64,000 bases of DNA from Candidatus Babelota bacterium. Its GTDB lineage: Bacteria; Babelota; Babeliae; Babelales; RVW-14. The stretch lies in NCBI GenBank assembly GCA_018266175.1, contig JAFEAY010000016.1:1029-65028 (forward strand), given 5' to 3'. This document shows, in pieces, positions 26,768-35,756 of the stretch. Position 1 is the stretch's first letter. Each line of letters opens with the position of its first letter. Under the pieces are notes generated by a model that saw nothing but the letters and a program-made list of their open reading frames with translations, searched no databases and had not been told where the DNA came from. The translations under genes were made by a program, and so were the position numbers.

Positions 26768-28621
26768 TTACAGCAAAATAAATGAATCACTGCTTGCAGA
26801 AATACCCGGTTCAAGGGTAAATGTGCTGCTCACGACTCCTAACTCAGCAGGAGTTAGCTTGATTTTATAGTTTTTAAAAATTGACGGGTGCGCGGCTTCA
26901 AGTGTTGTAAGAACCGGCAAGTGCGTTGCAACAAATGCAATTGCGTTATCAAACTGAGCAAGTTGCTCAATAAAATCATACGCTGCACGCTGACCAAGCT
27001 CAGGATTTGTTCCACTAAACAACGAATCATCAATCAGCACAAAAGCTGATTGCTCTCGATTCAAAGACTTAAGACGCGCTATGCACTGGTCTGCTCGCAT
27101 AATTTCAGCAACAAACTTTGATTGATTATTGGCAATATCATCAGCAATGTTAATGTAGGTAATAACTTGATCAAATGGCTTGAGCTTAAGCTTTTGAGCT
27201 GAACAAATTCCTAGAGTTTGCGCCATCAAAATATTAAGTGCAATCCCCTTCATAAACGTTGACTTACCGGATTTATTTGGTCCAGTCAAAATCATTTTAG
27301 AAACAGTTCCTGTAGGTCCACAAGTGATAGAACAGGGAACGGCGCTTGCTCCATCAAGCATCATATTCCAACTATCAACCACTTCAAGGTAGGGCTCTTG
27401 TTGTTCAACAAATTCTGCAAAGCAACATTGGCCTTGGGGTACTAATTCTTGATACAATGTGGCGCATGAACTGCAGACATCAAGTTGCGCAAGCGAATGA
27501 ATTGCTGGCTTAATTTGATCAAGCGCAGTGCTCATGAGCTGATGCGCACGTAATGTTGTACCAACTGATGAAAAATATCCAAGTTCATCATGAATTGAAA
27601 AACTTCCATCAGAAATTAAGTTAATAAATTCATGAAGCTCATCATTCTGATGACATTCATAAATTTCCTGAATTTTTTCAAATCCATAACACTGTTGCGC
27701 AAGCTCTGGATGTCCTTGAACCAATTCATAAACAGTCCGTAAGGCTCTGAGGGAATATGCACACGCAGCTATTTTTTTATACAAACAATTAACAACATTA
27801 AGTCGAGCCATAATATGCTCAATCATCTCTTTAATGCTAAAAAGATGAATACCCAAATGAGCAGCACGTATGCCCCAAAATAAACCTTTTACAAAAGTCG
27901 AAGCATCATGATCAGCCTCTAGATGTCCTAAACAAAAATGATGATCATGCCCATGATGATCATCATGATGGTGATCGTGACCGTGATTGCAGTGATGATC
28001 GTCGTGATGGTGATTACAATGATGACCATGTTCGTGATGGTCATGTGATTTTTTTGTAATTTTATCCTGCAAATACTCAAGCGCAAAGTGCAAAATTAAA
28101 TGCTCCACAACCGGACTAAGCAAGCTTGCTCCATGCATAAGATTAAGAATATCTAAGGCTAGAGGACTTTTATTAAGTGATTCAACTAACGAGAAATTAA
28201 AATAAAAGCCCTTGAGAATTTCTTGAGTCAAAGTATCAATTTGTTGGTGATCGGCAAAGCCATATGCAAAAAGCTCAAAGTCTTTGAGCGCAGCACAGAG
28301 CTTTTCATGCTGTTCTGGATGCTCACAAAACCATTGTATAAGCAGCTGTCGCCCTTGAAGAGCTTTGATATCTGTTGTTGGACTTGCAATCTGATTTTTA
28401 AGCTGCTGCTTTCCGACAGAAGTACAAGTACGATCAAGCTTGCTATAAAAGCCATCATGCGAAGCATTAGGCGACCCAAAGAGCTCTAAATCTTTTTCTT
28501 CAAACGATGTGATAACTGTTGCTCCTGATTGTCCTTGTAAGTCACCAGATACACCAAATAAGAATCCAAATAAAACTATTCCAAAAACTACACGCATATT
28601 TTTTACAATTAATTTAATCAC
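26768..28621 (-). CDS. MutS-related ATPase (domain V only) with N-terminal membrane anchor and a histidine-rich insert
   Basis: Walker A 'LTGPNKSGKSTFMKGIALNILMAQTLG', Walker B 'FVLIDDSLFSGTNPELG', 'ATHLPVL'. Hydrophobic N-terminus 'VVFGIVLFGFLFGV'. His-rich tract 'HDHHEHGHHCNHHHDDHHCNHGHDHHHDDHHGHDHH'. Confidence 0.75.
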   Translation of the reverse strand: MIKLIVKNMRVVFGIVLFGFLFGVSGDLQGQSGATVITSFEEKDLELFGSPNASHDGFYSKLDRTCTSVGKQQLKNQIASPTTDIKALQGRQLLIQWFCEHPEQHEKLCAALKDFELFAYGFADHQQIDTLTQEILKGFYFNFSLVESLNKSPLALDILNLMHGASLLSPVVEHLILHFALEYLQDKITKKSHDHHEHGHHCNHHHDDHHCNHGHDHHHDDHHGHDHHFCLGHLEADHDASTFVKGLFWGIRAAHLGIHLFSIKEMIEHIMARLNVVNCLYKKIAACAYSLRALRTVYELVQGHPELAQQCYGFEKIQEIYECHQNDELHEFINLISDGSFSIHDELGYFSSVGTTLRAHQLMSTALDQIKPAIHSLAQLDVCSSCATLYQELVPQGQCCFAEFVEQQEPYLEVVDSWNMMLDGASAVPCSITCGPTGTVSKMILTGPNKSGKSTFMKGIALNILMAQTLGICSAQKLKLKPFDQVITYINIADDIANNQSKFVAEIMRADQCIARLKSLNREQSAFVLIDDSLFSGTNPELGQRAAYDFIEQLAQFDNAIAFVATHLPVLTTLEAAHPSIFKNYKIKLTPAELGVVSSTFTLEPGISASSDSFILL

Positions 28622-28835
28622 GATATTCCTGCCTACACGTTTTTTACGCTTAATTCGACCTAAATAATAAATCCTAATTGAATAAATAATTTACTTTATT
28701 TGATCCCAAAAGAAAAGTATCATCCTATTCTATCGTTCTTAAAAGAGCAAGTCCACAGCCATAATTTCTTTCTAGAAGAACCCTGTATTGCATGCTATGC
28801 TTACCTGCAAGCTCACCATTTATTCAAAAAAGGAG

Positions 28836-30224
28836 ATGAACGTGAGAACAATTGCTGTCATTGGAGCCGGCTATGTCGGCCTTGTAACCGGCGCATGCTT
28901 TGCTCAAAAGGGCAATCGCGTCATTGTTGTGGAGAACAATCAGTCAAAAATTGATCAACTTCTTCAAGGATCTATACCCTTTTACGAACCGGGACTCGAT
29001 GTTCTAGTAAGTAATTGCATCAAAGAAAAAACCCTTCAATTTGTTAAAAATATTTATGTTGCACTCCAGCATAAGCCTGAACTCATTTTTTCATGCGTTG
29101 GAACACCGCCACTTGCAAGCGGTGCGGCTGATCTTTCGTACGTTTGGAATGTAGCACGCGAAATCGGCAGAACAATCACCGATTACTGTGTCGTTATTAA
29201 CAAGTCTACTGTTCCAGTTGGAACAGCGCTTCAAGTCAAACATATTATTCAAGAAGAGCTTCAAGCTCGTGGAGTATCAGTTAATTTTGATGTCGCATCA
29301 AACCCTGAATTTTTAAAAGAAGGCGATGCGCTCAGTGACTTCTTACAACCTGACCGAGTTGTTATTGGTACTGAATCTGAACGCGCACGAACAGCTCTTG
29401 AAGCACTCTATAAACCATTTCTGCATACCGAGGGACAGCTTGTTTGCATGAACATTCCTTCTGCAGAACTCACCAAGTATGCTTCAAATGCCATGCTTGC
29501 AACACGCATTAGCTTCATGAACCAAATTGCACTGCTCGCCGATAAAGTTGGCGCTGACATTGACCAGATAAAACAGGGAATGGCAAAAGACCGTCGCATC
29601 GGCCCTCACTTCTTGAATGCAGGTATTGGTTATGGCGGAAGCTGCTTTCCAAAAGATGTTAAAGCGCTTCTCCATACGGGGACAGAGAACGAACAGGAAA
29701 TGTCACTGGTTAAAGAAGTTGATGCCGTGAATGAGTTGCAGCGTAAACAATTTATTCAAACCATTATCAACCACTACGACTCAAGCATTGGTCAAAAAAA
29801 AGTTGGTATCTGGGGGCTTGCATTCAAGCCTGAAACCGATGACATTCGCTGTGCTCCATCACTTGATGTAATTAATGCACTTCTTGAACACGGCGCAAAG
29901 GTTTATGCATACGACCCGGTTGCAATGCCCAATATTAAAGCACAATTTGAAAAGGCTATCACCTATACTCGAACAGCAGATGAAATTCTTGAGCTTGCTG
30001 ATTTTCTTATCGTTCTTACAGAATGGAAAGAATTTATACGTCATGAGCCAGCACATTTCACCAAGCTTACTGATAAAACTGTTTTTGATGGACGCAATTG
30101 CTTTGATCCAACGCTAATGACCGCAGCAGGGCTCACGTACTTTTGTATTGGTCGAAATCAATCAACAAATACTTCCTATGCTCTTTTAAAATTTGATAGA
30201 AGTTTATCTCGTGCTCATCAATAA
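28836..30224 (+). CDS. ugd: UDP-glucose 6-dehydrogenase
   Basis: 'IAVIGAGYVGLVTGACFAQKGNRVIVVE', 'NPEFLKEG.A..DF..PDRVVIG', 'GGSCFPKDV' (catalytic Cys). AAAGGAG sits immediately before ATG 28836 (the ORF track starts upstream at 28788). Confidence 0.9.
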   Translation: MNVRTIAVIGAGYVGLVTGACFAQKGNRVIVVENNQSKIDQLLQGSIPFYEPGLDVLVSNCIKEKTLQFVKNIYVALQHKPELIFSCVGTPPLASGAADLSYVWNVAREIGRTITDYCVVINKSTVPVGTALQVKHIIQEELQARGVSVNFDVASNPEFLKEGDALSDFLQPDRVVIGTESERARTALEALYKPFLHTEGQLVCMNIPSAELTKYASNAMLATRISFMNQIALLADKVGADIDQIKQGMAKDRRIGPHFLNAGIGYGGSCFPKDVKALLHTGTENEQEMSLVKEVDAVNELQRKQFIQTIINHYDSSIGQKKVGIWGLAFKPETDDIRCAPSLDVINALLEHGAKVYAYDPVAMPNIKAQFEKAITYTRTADEILELADFLIVLTEWKEFIRHEPAHFTKLTDKTVFDGRNCFDPTLMTAAGLTYFCIGRNQSTNTSYALLKFDRSLSRAHQ

Positions 30225-30284
30225 AAATTGCTTAAGCTCACCATAAACTTTTAAATTTTTTTATCTGAATAGGAGATCGAAGGT

Positions 30285-32444
30285 ATGAGATTATATCAAT
30301 CTATCAGAGCACTCTTCTTATTGAGTGCTCTTTTTTTTAAGCATGCAGATGGCTCGAACCTAAACGGCACAGCAGCCGTCGTCTATAAAAATCAACATCA
30401 TGTTTTTTCAAACGGAGAAAGCGCACTCGGGTATGTCCGCATGAACGGCGGCTTTACCGTCAAGCCTGGTGCCACCGCAACACTTGATACGGTTGTTTCC
30501 GTTTCTGGCAGTATTGATTTGCGTGAAACAGGAGTTCTTCAACTGCTCAAAGATCTAAATCTTGATGCAGGTGTAACATGGTCCAGTGGTGGTTACATCA
30601 AAGGACGTAGCCGAGCGTTGATTCTAAACGACACACTCTCAATCCCCGCTTCAAAAATTATCCACATTTCAGATGATACGATTATTGACGGTAACGGGAA
30701 TACACTCTTATTAAACGATTATGCGCAAATTTTTGTTGATAACAATGTAACGCTTACGCTACGAAACTTGGTTGTATGCAACACCAAAAACAACGTGAAT
30801 AACCCCTGCCTCAGAATTAGCGGTAACCGTGGCAAGCTTGCGCTTGATAACGTTGAACTCGCCATGGCAAATGATATGGCATTAGCGCAAGGACAACTTT
30901 ACTTCCACAACGAAGTTATTTTTACCGGAAGCTCTACATTCATTTATAATTCCCCTGAAGCAAGTTTCATTACACGCTCTGGAGTTGTAAAGTTTGATAA
31001 AGGAACAACGTTTTCATTTGCTCCAACGAGCACTGCAGATCATCTGTTCAAACTTCAAGACAAAACATCAACACTCTATTTAAATGGTTGCACACTGAAG
31101 ACAACAAGTTCTGGTATGCGATTAACCAAAGGCAATTTAATTCTTGATAACAAAATTGTTTTAGAGAGCAATCCAGGAAATGGTTCAATGCCTGCAACTT
31201 TAACCTTACTTGATGACGCCGATTACACAACAACATCTGGAGGTTTAAATATTTCCGCATGGCATCCAAACGGAAATGTGCTCGCCATTGGAGGACAAAG
31301 AGTTCTCAGCACTCCAGGCTTTGCAAATCACAACGAACTACGACTTTTTTCATTTGATGGAGCAATCCTAACAGCTCTAACCAGCCAAGACTATGGAACC
31401 AATTTTAATAACCAAGTGCAAGCACTTGCATGGACTCCAGATGGACGATTTCTTGCTGTTGGGGGAACACTTGCAGATACCGTTGGGGGCTTTGCAAATA
31501 CTGATGAGCTACGAATTTACAGTTTTAACGGGTCAACACTTACGGCTGTTACCAGCCAACCATACGGCACTGCAGGAGCTGGGCAAATTTATGATCTTTC
31601 ATGGAATCCTGATGGAAAAACAATTGCTCTTGTTGGACGAATTCAAGCAGCTGTTGGTGGATTTCCTTCAACAGACTCTATTCGGCTGTATAGCTTTAAT
31701 GGAACGTCACTCACTGCACTAACCAGCCAGCCATACGGCCCAGGAAGTCAAACGCTTAGAGTCGCCTGGTCACCCGATGGTAAGACACTTGCAATTGGTG
31801 GTGGGTCACCCACTGCCGTGGGTGGTTTTGCAAATACCGATCAACTTCGTTTGTATAGTTTTAATGGATCTACGCTTACGGCATTAACAAGTAGCTCTTA
31901 TGGCTCAAGTTCAGCCTTCAATGTTTATGCACTTGCATGGTCACCTGACGGAAAATCCCTAGCATTTGGCGGAGACCTTGGTGGTGGTCCAGTACCAAAC
32001 CAATTGAGAGTGTGCTCTTTTACAGGAAATACATTGAAATTAACAGCAGGCCAACCATATGGAATTCAAATAACATGGATTGATTGGTCACCGGACGGAA
32101 AGACTCTTGCTGTTACTGGACAAAGCACAGGAACTGAACTATTTGACTTTTCAAGCACAACAACTCTTAATGCTATAACAACGGTTTCGATTGCTTCATA
32201 CACACCAACAGTACGATGGGCACCTAATGGCAAAACGCTTTCGCTCAGTGCATATAGCCCAACAAGTGGAAATGAATTGCAATTGTACAGCGTAGGTTTT
32301 TCTCAGGAATCGTTTCCTCAATCTTATTCCCGCTCGATTATTTTTGGCAACAGTGCTTTGGGTAGCTCAAGTAATTTGAATGCCGAAGTGCTGGGCGCTG
32401 CGCACGTAACAATTAACGGCATTGTCAATGACGACTCGGTGTAA
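30285..32444 (+). CDS. Exported protein: beta-helix-like N-region plus seven PD40/WD-like propeller repeats
   Basis: Signal peptide MRLYQSIRALFLLSALFFKHADG. Seven repeats of about 50-57 aa, e.g. 'LAWSPDGKTLAIGG...VGGFANTDELRLYSFNGSTLTALTSQPYG'. The N-terminal 300 aa are rich in N/T/G strand-turn patterns. Confidence 0.6.
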   Translation: MRLYQSIRALFLLSALFFKHADGSNLNGTAAVVYKNQHHVFSNGESALGYVRMNGGFTVKPGATATLDTVVSVSGSIDLRETGVLQLLKDLNLDAGVTWSSGGYIKGRSRALILNDTLSIPASKIIHISDDTIIDGNGNTLLLNDYAQIFVDNNVTLTLRNLVVCNTKNNVNNPCLRISGNRGKLALDNVELAMANDMALAQGQLYFHNEVIFTGSSTFIYNSPEASFITRSGVVKFDKGTTFSFAPTSTADHLFKLQDKTSTLYLNGCTLKTTSSGMRLTKGNLILDNKIVLESNPGNGSMPATLTLLDDADYTTTSGGLNISAWHPNGNVLAIGGQRVLSTPGFANHNELRLFSFDGAILTALTSQDYGTNFNNQVQALAWTPDGRFLAVGGTLADTVGGFANTDELRIYSFNGSTLTAVTSQPYGTAGAGQIYDLSWNPDGKTIALVGRIQAAVGGFPSTDSIRLYSFNGTSLTALTSQPYGPGSQTLRVAWSPDGKTLAIGGGSPTAVGGFANTDQLRLYSFNGSTLTALTSSSYGSSSAFNVYALAWSPDGKSLAFGGDLGGGPVPNQLRVCSFTGNTLKLTAGQPYGIQITWIDWSPDGKTLAVTGQSTGTELFDFSSTTTLNAITTVSIASYTPTVRWAPNGKTLSLSAYSPTSGNELQLYSVGFSQESFPQSYSRSIIFGNSALGSSSNLNAEVLGAAHVTINGIVNDDSV

Positions 32445-32461
32445 ATTTTTTAGAATAGAGC

Positions 32462-33679
32462 ATGAAAAAAATATTATTCATACATCATGGAAAAGGACTG
32501 GGCGGTGCGCCGCTCAGTCTCCTATACTTGGTTGAATCGCTTGATACAACCAAGTATACGCCAATTGTTTTGTTTTTGCATCACTCTGAAGTGATTGAAC
32601 TTTTTAAAGAACGGGGCATCCAAACAGTTGGACCGGTCAACGTCTACGACTTTGCACATACTAAAATTTGGTGGTTTGGGTGGCGACACGCGCATCACCT
32701 TGCACGAGCAATTAAAGACACCATTAAAACAATGTTGTTTATCGCACCAAAAATACTTGCTCATATCAAGCCGGATCTTGTACACCTGAACACCAGTTCA
32801 TTACTGGGCTGGGGCATTACTGCGCGGAAAAAAAATATCCCACTTGTCTGGCACATTCGTGAGCCGCTTGCTTCTGGGTATTTTGGCATTCGCAAAAAAA
32901 TTGTACAACAAACCGTTAAGCGCTACGCTGACGCAATTGTGCCTATTTGTAAGCACGATGCAACGCCATGGGCTCATAACAAAAAAACACACGTTGTCTA
33001 CAACGCCGTACACGAAAAATATTTTAATGAAAAATCTGATGTAACATCGTTTTTCGCATCGCACGGAGTGCCAAAAGATGACCCCAAAATTCTTTTTGTT
33101 GGTGGCCTTTCCAAAGAAAAAGGAACGCTTGAAATTTTAAAAATTTTTCAAAAAGTTCTTATAAAAATTCCAAATGCAAAACTGTTGCTCGCAGGCTACC
33201 TGCACAAGCAAGCACTCAGTTGGAAACAATTAATCCATCGAATTTATCCGGCAAGCAATTATGCTCATCAGATTCATGTGCTACTTGAGGAGCTTGGTTC
33301 ATCAGTCATTCAACTCGGCTCCATTCGCAACATTCCTGCAGCAATGACTGCAAGCAATGTTATAGTATTTCCTGCAACCGTTGGCCACTTTGCACGACCA
33401 ATTATCGAGGCCGGATTTATGAAGAGACCGGTCGTAGTATCAGCCCTTGCACCGCTTGATGAGCTCGTTATTGATGATAAAACAGGTTTTTTAGTTGCTA
33501 TTAATAATCATCAATTATGGGCAGAAAAGTTGTGCTTATTGTTGACTGACAAGCTCTTAGCACAGAGAATGGGTAATGCTGCGTATGCTTTTTGTAGAGA
33601 AAAATTTAGCCTGCCTGAGCAGGTACAAAAGATAGAAAAAATTTATACTGAGCTCTTGACCAAGGAGTCGCATGAATAA
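32462..33679 (+). CDS. Glycosyltransferase, GT4
   Basis: 'MKKILFIHHGKGLGGAPLSLLYL', 'GHFARPIIEAGFMKRPVVVSALAPLDELVIDDKTGFLV'. Confidence 0.75.
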   Translation: MKKILFIHHGKGLGGAPLSLLYLVESLDTTKYTPIVLFLHHSEVIELFKERGIQTVGPVNVYDFAHTKIWWFGWRHAHHLARAIKDTIKTMLFIAPKILAHIKPDLVHLNTSSLLGWGITARKKNIPLVWHIREPLASGYFGIRKKIVQQTVKRYADAIVPICKHDATPWAHNKKTHVVYNAVHEKYFNEKSDVTSFFASHGVPKDDPKILFVGGLSKEKGTLEILKIFQKVLIKIPNAKLLLAGYLHKQALSWKQLIHRIYPASNYAHQIHVLLEELGSSVIQLGSIRNIPAAMTASNVIVFPATVGHFARPIIEAGFMKRPVVVSALAPLDELVIDDKTGFLVAINNHQLWAEKLCLLLTDKLLAQRMGNAAYAFCREKFSLPEQVQKIEKIYTELLTKESHE

Positions 33680-34472
33680 GCAAACACTCAAAGATTCCGT
33701 TAAAAACTACTGGAATCAAGCAAGCTGTGGAACAGAATTTATTAATAAGCAAAAGTTCTCACCCGAATACTTTCAGGCAATCGAAGAATTCAGGTATCGC
33801 ATAGAACCTGAAATTTTCTCCTTTGCACAGTTCACCCGATTTCATGGTAAAAAAATGCTGGAGGTTGGGGTTGGTGCAGGAAGTGACTTTTTGCAATGGG
33901 TCCGCGCTGGCACACAGGCGCATGGCATTGATTTGACCGCTGAAGCAATTGAAAATGTTAAACAACGCTTAGCTGTTTATAATCTGCAAGCAACAGATCT
34001 ACAAGTAGCTGATGCTGAACAACTGCCATACGCTGATAACTCATTTGATCTGGTTTACTCATGGGGCGTCATTCACCACTCACCCGACACAGAAAAGTGT
34101 TTGGCTGAAATTGTGCGCGTTACCAAACCAGGCGGCACAATTAAGATTATGATTTATAACCGCTACTCACTCTTTGCTTTTTATCGCTATCTTGCATGCG
34201 CACTTTTCAAGGGCAAGCCGTTCAAAAGTTTTAAATCGGTCTTGTTTGATCATCAAGAAAGCCCAGGAACTAAAGCTTACACGTTTGCTGAAGCAAAAAA
34301 GATGATTGCTGCGCATCCTGTAAAAACTGTCTCACTGAACGCTCAAGTTTCAGCGCATGATCTGCTCTACTACAAAGGACGCTTTGTTCAATTTTTTGCA
34401 TACGTTGCAGCATGCCTTTTTGGCTGGCGTCGTGTGGGATGGTTTATGACTCTTGAATTACAAAAAAAATAA
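33672..34472 (+). CDS. Class I SAM-dependent methyltransferase
   Basis: 'MLEVGVGAGSDFLQWVRAG', 'FDLVYSWGVIHHSPD', 'VTKPGGTIKIMIYN'. Confidence 0.8.
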   Translation: MNKQTLKDSVKNYWNQASCGTEFINKQKFSPEYFQAIEEFRYRIEPEIFSFAQFTRFHGKKMLEVGVGAGSDFLQWVRAGTQAHGIDLTAEAIENVKQRLAVYNLQATDLQVADAEQLPYADNSFDLVYSWGVIHHSPDTEKCLAEIVRVTKPGGTIKIMIYNRYSLFAFYRYLACALFKGKPFKSFKSVLFDHQESPGTKAYTFAEAKKMIAAHPVKTVSLNAQVSAHDLLYYKGRFVQFFAYVAACLFGWRRVGWFMTLELQKK

Positions 34473-34493
34473 GGGCTGAAATTTCCAGCCCTT
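34471..34493. terminator. Bidirectional intrinsic terminator between convergent genes
   Basis: AAGGGCTG-aaatttc-CAGCCCTT, flanked by an A-run on the left and 'ataaatt' on the right. Confidence 0.6.
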
Positions 34494-34517
34494 ATAAATT
34501 CGTATAACTTTTATACT

Positions 34518-35744
34518 TTATTTATTACGTTCAGTTATCAACTGATACGAGGTTTTAATGCCAACGGCGTTATAAAGTTTTTTGTATTTATTAAATGTTG
34601 CAGTTGGATCATTAACTTGTACCAATTGCTTTTTAAGCATTGTTTTATCAAGTGAACCAATAAGCGTTTTTATATCTGCATCAGAACAGTTATTCATAAA
34701 TGCTTGATGAGGTGTCAACACACTGTTCACAGCTCCAGACCGAGCATCTTCTCGATTCATAACAACAACATGCGCCAATGCATTTTGAAAGTCGATTGCT
34801 TCAAGAGATGTAAGATTTACTGTCGGTTTTGGTGTTGTCACTACAACAGGCTTTGTTACCGCAACTGCCGGTTTGGGCGTATAAGCTGGTGGTAAAGGCG
34901 GAGGCGTTGGTATCGATGACGACTGCTTTGCAGGAGGAAGCGGTGGTGGCACAGGTATCGTTACTTTGCTTCCAGGAAGCGGTGGAGGTACCGGAATCTT
35001 GCTACCAGGCAACGGTGGCGCTGGAGGCGGTGGAGGTGGCGTACCTGACAATGGTGATGGCATTGCAAACGGTTCTACCGGTTGATCATGTTTTTCTGTT
35101 GCAGTTGCATTGGCTCCCTGTTTTTTCCCAAAAAAAGCTTCTAGTGCTGCCTTGCGATCATCACCAAGCTTACCTGGAACCTCTTCTTGAGCTGTAGCCG
35201 AGGAACCTGAAGAAGCCGCTTGTTTTTTCGCAAAAAAATCTTCTAGTGCTTTCTTGCGATCAGCGCTCAACTTTCCTGGAGTTCCTTCTGAATCTTTTAA
35301 TTTTTCAGAAACTGGGTCAACTTTTTTTCCACCGTAACGCTCCTCGAGCTTTGCTTTGAGAGCATCAAGTTTGGGGCTTAATTTCCCAGGAGCAGTTTTT
35401 TGCTCTTTTTGAAATTCCAAAGTATTAAGCAACTCTTTTTTCCGTTGATCAGAAATTTTGCTCGGCTTAATTTGAGGCTCATCTTCAGAAGAAAGCTCTT
35501 GGCCTTTACGAATTTTTTCTTCTCTGATTTGACGCTGAAGCTCAAGCGCTTCAAGAGCACTAAGCCCTGCTTTTTGATCTTCTTTTTCAATTACAGATTG
35601 CTTAGATTCACCTGGCAAAGCATCTTTAAGAACACCTAGTTCCTCATCAATACTTATTGGACTCTCTTGAACTCGACATTCAAGATTAGCAACAAGCAGG
35701 ATCGAAATCGCTATGATTCCCGAAATAAATTTATTCTTCATCAT
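34518..35744 (-). CDS. Exported proline-rich protein (paralogue A): 3 PGKL repeats, FH1-like polyproline block, shared C-terminal WH2-like module
   Basis: Signal peptide MMKNKFISGIIAISILLVANLEC. Repeats 'PGKLSADRKKALEDFFAKKQ' and 'PGKLGDDRKAALEAFFGKKQ'. Polyproline 'PPPPPPAPPLPGSKIPVPPPLPGSKVTIPVPPPLPPAKQSSSIPTPPPLPPAYTPKP'. The C-terminal ~100 aa are shared with the two upstream genes. Confidence 0.85.
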   Translation of the reverse strand: MMKNKFISGIIAISILLVANLECRVQESPISIDEELGVLKDALPGESKQSVIEKEDQKAGLSALEALELQRQIREEKIRKGQELSSEDEPQIKPSKISDQRKKELLNTLEFQKEQKTAPGKLSPKLDALKAKLEERYGGKKVDPVSEKLKDSEGTPGKLSADRKKALEDFFAKKQAASSGSSATAQEEVPGKLGDDRKAALEAFFGKKQGANATATEKHDQPVEPFAMPSPLSGTPPPPPPAPPLPGSKIPVPPPLPGSKVTIPVPPPLPPAKQSSSIPTPPPLPPAYTPKPAVAVTKPVVVTTPKPTVNLTSLEAIDFQNALAHVVVMNREDARSGAVNSVLTPHQAFMNNCSDADIKTLIGSLDKTMLKKQLVQVNDPTATFNKYKKLYNAVGIKTSYQLITERNK

Positions 35745-35756
35745 ACTCTCTCTTTT

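Noticed and set aside
28700-28954. 84-aa ORF 28700-28954 (+) upstream of and overlapping ugd in another frame.
   Set aside because: It overlaps the well-supported ugd start region, has a Cys/Arg-rich odd composition and no Shine-Dalgarno sequence, so it is probably spurious.
34829-35197. 122-aa plus-strand ORF (Ala/Val/Glu/Gly-rich) opposite the polyproline region.
   Set aside because: It is the complement of CCN-rich Pro codons (GGN), an expected artefact. The minus-strand gene has a signal peptide, repeats and a conserved C-module.
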